Shown piece after piece: positions 60,860-64,000 of a stretch of 64,000 nt of DNA. The stretch covers positions 1,052-65,051 of the forward strand of contig DASZLU010000145.1 of the NCBI GenBank assembly GCA_035552195.1, written 5' to 3'. The DNA is from Stellaceae bacterium. Its GTDB lineage: Bacteria > Pseudomonadota > Alphaproteobacteria > ATCC43930 > CGMCC-115725. How positions within the stretch are numbered: the first letter of the stretch is position 1; the number at the start of each line of letters is the position of its first letter. Made by a program: the position numbers and the translations under genes. The notes under the pieces were generated by a model. It saw only the letters and a list, made by a program, of their open reading frames with translations. It ran no database searches and was not told the origin of the DNA.

Positions 60860-62449
60860 ATGCTGGTTCGGGAATTGGCGTGCGCCGCCTTAGCGCTTGG
60901 CGTGGCGAGTGGCGCGCACGCGGCAAGTATCAGCGGCATGGTCACGGGTGCGAATAACACGCCGGTCGCCGGTGTCTTCGTCACGGCGCAGAACAGCGCT
61001 GCCAATCGCCTCGTCAGCGTCCTCTCCGATAGTGCCGGGCATTACAAGCTGCCCGAGCTTGCGGCTGGGCAATGGACGGTCTTGGCACACGGCACCGGCA
61101 GCAATGGGCTCGACAGCACACCGCAAACCGCGACCGTCACGGCCGATCAAAATCTGACGCTCGCGGTGAAGGCAACGCCGGCGCCGCTCAAATGGACCGA
61201 AATATCGATGTCGCAAGGCCGGACCCTGCTGCCCGATGCCCAGGGCAAGACGATCATGTTCCAGAACTGCTTTGCTTGTCACGGTTTCGAGACACGCATG
61301 GCCGAGCGCGGCCCGCATAGCGAACAGGAATGGCAGACGCTGGTCGATTACATGGTCAGCTCAATGCATTTCTTCATCGGCCCGGTCGGCCATGTCGGGC
61401 CGGATGAGGAAAAAGAACTTGTCAGCTACTTCACTGCGAATTTCGGGCCGAATTCGCATCTGCCCGCGCCCGACACGCTGGCGAAGTTCGCCGACGTAAA
61501 GCAGACATTCGGGCCTGACGCGCAGAACATCGTCTATGTCGAATACGACATGCCGGGGCCCAACCGCATGTCGTGGAGCGCGTTCCCAGCCAAGGACGGG
61601 AAATACTGGATCCCCTATTACGGCGACGCGAACATGATCGCGCGGCTCGATCCGAATTCAGGCCATGTCGACGAATTCAAGGCACCCAATCCCGGCACTG
61701 CGGCGATCCACTCCGCCGTGCCCGCGCCCGACGGGTCGGTGTGGTTCACCGAGCAGGGCTCGGACAAGATCGGGCGCTGGGATCCAGCAACGCAAAAGAT
61801 CAGCGAATTCCAGGATGCGATGATCCCCGGCAAGGAAAATACGCTCGCGGGCGGCTCGAAGCACACGCTGCGCGTCGCCGCCGATGGCCGCGTCTGGTCG
61901 ACAGGCGGACCGCTCTCGGTCTACGACCCCGTGAGCGCGAAATTCACAGAGATCCTGCAAATCCCGAGCGCCTATGGCATCGCGATCGATCAGCAGAACA
62001 CGATCTGGTTCGCCGAGTTCACCCCGGCAGGACAGATCGGCCGCATCGATCCGAAGACGCTGGCGGTGACGAAGTACCAGCTGCCGACCAACCGCGCCTT
62101 CCCGCGCCGTATCCAGGTCGACACGGACGGTACGATCTGGGTGGCGGAATACACCGCCGGCAAGCTCGCGCATTTCGATCCGAAGACCGAGCACTTCACC
62201 GAATACGATCTGCCCGGACCGGAGGCGACGCCCTACGCGCTCGGCATCGGCGCCGATCACACGATCTGGTATTCCTCGGAATACATGGATTACATCGGCC
62301 GGCTCGATCCGGCGACCGGCAAGGTCACGAAATACCCGACGCCGCAATCCGAAAACACGATGCGCGAATTCTATCTCGATGGGGAGGGCCGGATGTGGTT
62401 CGGCACGCCCGCCAACAACAAGGTCGGCTATTTCTACTTGGCCAAATAA
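60860..62449 (+). CDS. secreted multidomain protein: CarboxypepD_reg-like Ig domain + mono-haem cytochrome c + Vgb/NHL-like beta-propeller
   Basis: AGGAGGAAACG precedes the ATG. Signal peptide ..ALGVASGAHA. The first domain reads ISGMVTGANNTPVAGVFVTAQN...SDSAGHYKLPEL. The haem motif is ..NCFACHG... About 6 repeats follow, of the type ..WF(T/A)E...IGR(W/I/L)DP.T....E(F/Y)..P, as in streptogramin-lyase-like propellers. Confidence 0.7.
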   Translation: MLVRELACAALALGVASGAHAASISGMVTGANNTPVAGVFVTAQNSAANRLVSVLSDSAGHYKLPELAAGQWTVLAHGTGSNGLDSTPQTATVTADQNLTLAVKATPAPLKWTEISMSQGRTLLPDAQGKTIMFQNCFACHGFETRMAERGPHSEQEWQTLVDYMVSSMHFFIGPVGHVGPDEEKELVSYFTANFGPNSHLPAPDTLAKFADVKQTFGPDAQNIVYVEYDMPGPNRMSWSAFPAKDGKYWIPYYGDANMIARLDPNSGHVDEFKAPNPGTAAIHSAVPAPDGSVWFTEQGSDKIGRWDPATQKISEFQDAMIPGKENTLAGGSKHTLRVAADGRVWSTGGPLSVYDPVSAKFTEILQIPSAYGIAIDQQNTIWFAEFTPAGQIGRIDPKTLAVTKYQLPTNRAFPRRIQVDTDGTIWVAEYTAGKLAHFDPKTEHFTEYDLPGPEATPYALGIGADHTIWYSSEYMDYIGRLDPATGKVTKYPTPQSENTMREFYLDGEGRMWFGTPANNKVGYFYLAK

Positions 62450-62473
62450 GCCCGCCGGACCAATCCCTTACGG

Positions 62474-62507
62474 ACGCCCTTTCTTCCAGGGAGAGGGCGT
62501 TTCGTTT
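62474..62507 (+). terminator. intrinsic terminator after the haem/propeller gene
   Basis: acgccct-(13 nt)-agggcgt followed by TTCGTTT, 25 nt after the stop. Confidence 0.55.
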
Positions 62508-62535
62508 GACAATTCCTTGAGAATCACCACATAGA

Positions 62536-62919
62536 ATGCTGACTAAACGGTTGGACGCCATGCCCGAAGGCCAAGCCATTCCCTCGCCCGAACAAGTCAC
62601 GCTGAGTTCCAATGCGGCTAAGCGCGTCGCTGTGTTGAAGGTCCAGGAGAACGCGCCCGATGCGTTCCTGCGGCTCGCCGTGTCGGGCGGCGGCTGCTCG
62701 GGCTTTCAGTACAATTTCAGCTTCGACCAGTCGCGCAATCAGGACGATCGCGCTTTCGAGCGCGACGGTGTGACTCTCATCATCGATGAGGTCTCGCTCG
62801 ATCTCGTCAAGGGTGCCGAGATCGATTTCGTCGAAGACATGATGGGCGCGTCTTTTCAGGTGAAGAACCCGAACGCCGCGTCGTCATGCGGTTGCGGCAA
62901 TTCCTTCTCGATCGGCTGA
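62536..62919 (+). CDS. erpA: HesB/IscA-family iron-sulfur cluster insertion protein
   Basis: ..LRLAVSGGGCSGFQY.. and C-terminal ..SSCGCGNSFSI are present. An alternative start is ATG 62560. Confidence 0.9.
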   Translation: MLTKRLDAMPEGQAIPSPEQVTLSSNAAKRVAVLKVQENAPDAFLRLAVSGGGCSGFQYNFSFDQSRNQDDRAFERDGVTLIIDEVSLDLVKGAEIDFVEDMMGASFQVKNPNAASSCGCGNSFSIG

Positions 62920-63077
62920 ACTATCGGCTCGCGCAGGCAATGACGGGCGCGCTCCGTGCGCCAGCATTTTCCCGCTGCCATCCCGAGAGGGGACGACAGC
63001 GAGATGAAACGCAGTATGACGGCGGCGCTTTTCGAGCGACAGCATGAAGCCAAACTTTAGCCTGCACCCGGTCGCCG

Positions 63078-63955
63078 TTAGAGACTTTGCAGGAAGGCAA
63101 CCAGATCCTGCTTGTCCTGATCCGAAAAGCCGATGTTGAACCGCCGATCGTAGAAATTCACGACATCGAGCAGCGTCCCGGCCGAGCCGTTGTGGAAATA
63201 CGGCGCGCGCGACGCGAGACCGCGTAGAATCGGGCCCTTGAGCTTTCCTATATCGGCGCAATTACCGCTGATCAACGCGCGCCCGGGGTCCGTCACGTCG
63301 TATGTATTGCCGGCCAGCGGGCCAGCGTTGCACGTCAGGTGGAAGACCTGCAGCGCCGCGATGTCCAAAACCGGGGGTGCCTTTGCACGGCGTCGGCGAT
63401 GCCGATGTCGAGCGGCGCTTTCACCGAGTGATCGCCGACATTCGGCGTGTCGTGACAGGTGCCGCAGAAGCCGTGGAGTGTCGGCCCTACCGCCGGGTTA
63501 TCGTTGAGGCCTGCAACGCCTGTAATGGTGATCGGCGTGGTATTGAAGAGTGCCTCGCCGCGCGCGACGGATTCGCGAGCGGCTTGAACCCCGCCATTGC
63601 CCGGCAGGTTATCCCACGCCCCGAAGAGATTGAAGATATTCGAGGTGAAGGGAGTCCCTTTCGGGTTCTGGCCAAGGGGATCGTTGATCCCGATAAAGGA
63701 CGAGACGAGTTGCGCTGAGAGCGCCGTCGGCCCTCCTTGTGCACCGTTGGCGCCCAGATTCTTGGCCTTGGTGTCGAACATCTGCGCCGTGAAAATACCC
63801 GTCTCGAACTGCACGATTTGCGCGATCTGAGCGGCGGTGGGCGCGGCACTGGCTTGGGCATGGCCTGTCGTCGCGTCGCTTGCCTGGCTTTGGAGCGTGG
63901 GCTCACGTCCATCCCACATGAACGTGGAAAGGAAGTTTAGATTCGTCGACTGTTA
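63078..63955 (-). pseudogene. di-haem cytochrome c peroxidase/MauG-family gene, apparently disrupted (frameshift plus upstream in-frame stop)
   Basis: Two adjacent minus-strand ORFs lie in different frames. The first, 63335-63919, reads ..FMWDGREPTLQSQA... and ..FCGTCHD... The second, 63078-63368, reads ..RAPYFHNGSAGTLLDVVNFY... They overlap near a C5/G5 run (~63373-63377). A TAA at ~63953 cuts off the expected N-terminal haem domain in the same frame. Confidence 0.55.
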
Positions 63956-64000
63956 ACGAACAGCATCCCCCACCCCCAAGGCCAGTTGAGCCGCAGCGAT

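Overview
High-GC chromosomal segment, roughly 60-65% GC by eye (not computed), from an alphaproteobacterium that looks Hyphomicrobiales/Rhizobiales-like. The taxonomic call rests on conserved gene order and on a GAAC-N7-GAAC SOS box. Conserved blocks are comEC-gltX-gltA, coaD-gyrA, ssb/uvrA, trmFO, yajC-secD-secF, and a 13-gene co-directional minus-strand string (dgt-argS-SPOR-nagZ-M50-scpA-scpB-tatB-tatC-serS-surE-pcm-nlpD) with many 4-nt ATGA stop/start overlaps. I can support about 65 protein genes, one tRNA-Lys(UUU) preceded by a tRNA-like remnant, several intrinsic-terminator hairpins, three promoter/operator calls, two short tandem repeats and two or three probable pseudogenes. I saw no rRNA, CRISPR array, transposase, integrase or phage structural gene. 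The ORF track labels alternative start codons (GTG/TTG) as M and lists many long alternative-frame or antisense ORFs typical of high-GC DNA. I re-chose starts using ATG plus Shine-Dalgarno context and rejected the shadow ORFs. The housekeeping backbone is interrupted at a few places by accessory cargo, and these are the main leads. (1) A lower-GC AAA+ ATPase with an unrecognisable 330-aa N-terminal region sits between ssb and uvrA, just downstream of the LexA box. (2) A Tat-exported ThDP enzyme is tightly coupled to a periplasmic cytochrome c. (3) A redoxin-fold/2OG-Fe(II) oxygenase fusion lies divergent from an FkbH-like HAD-IIIC protein. (4) A GMC oxidoreductase and a haem-c/beta-propeller protein lie between dgt and erpA. 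None matches a named defence or mobile system that I can recognise. All functional proposals are inference from motifs read by eye, and no database search was possible.
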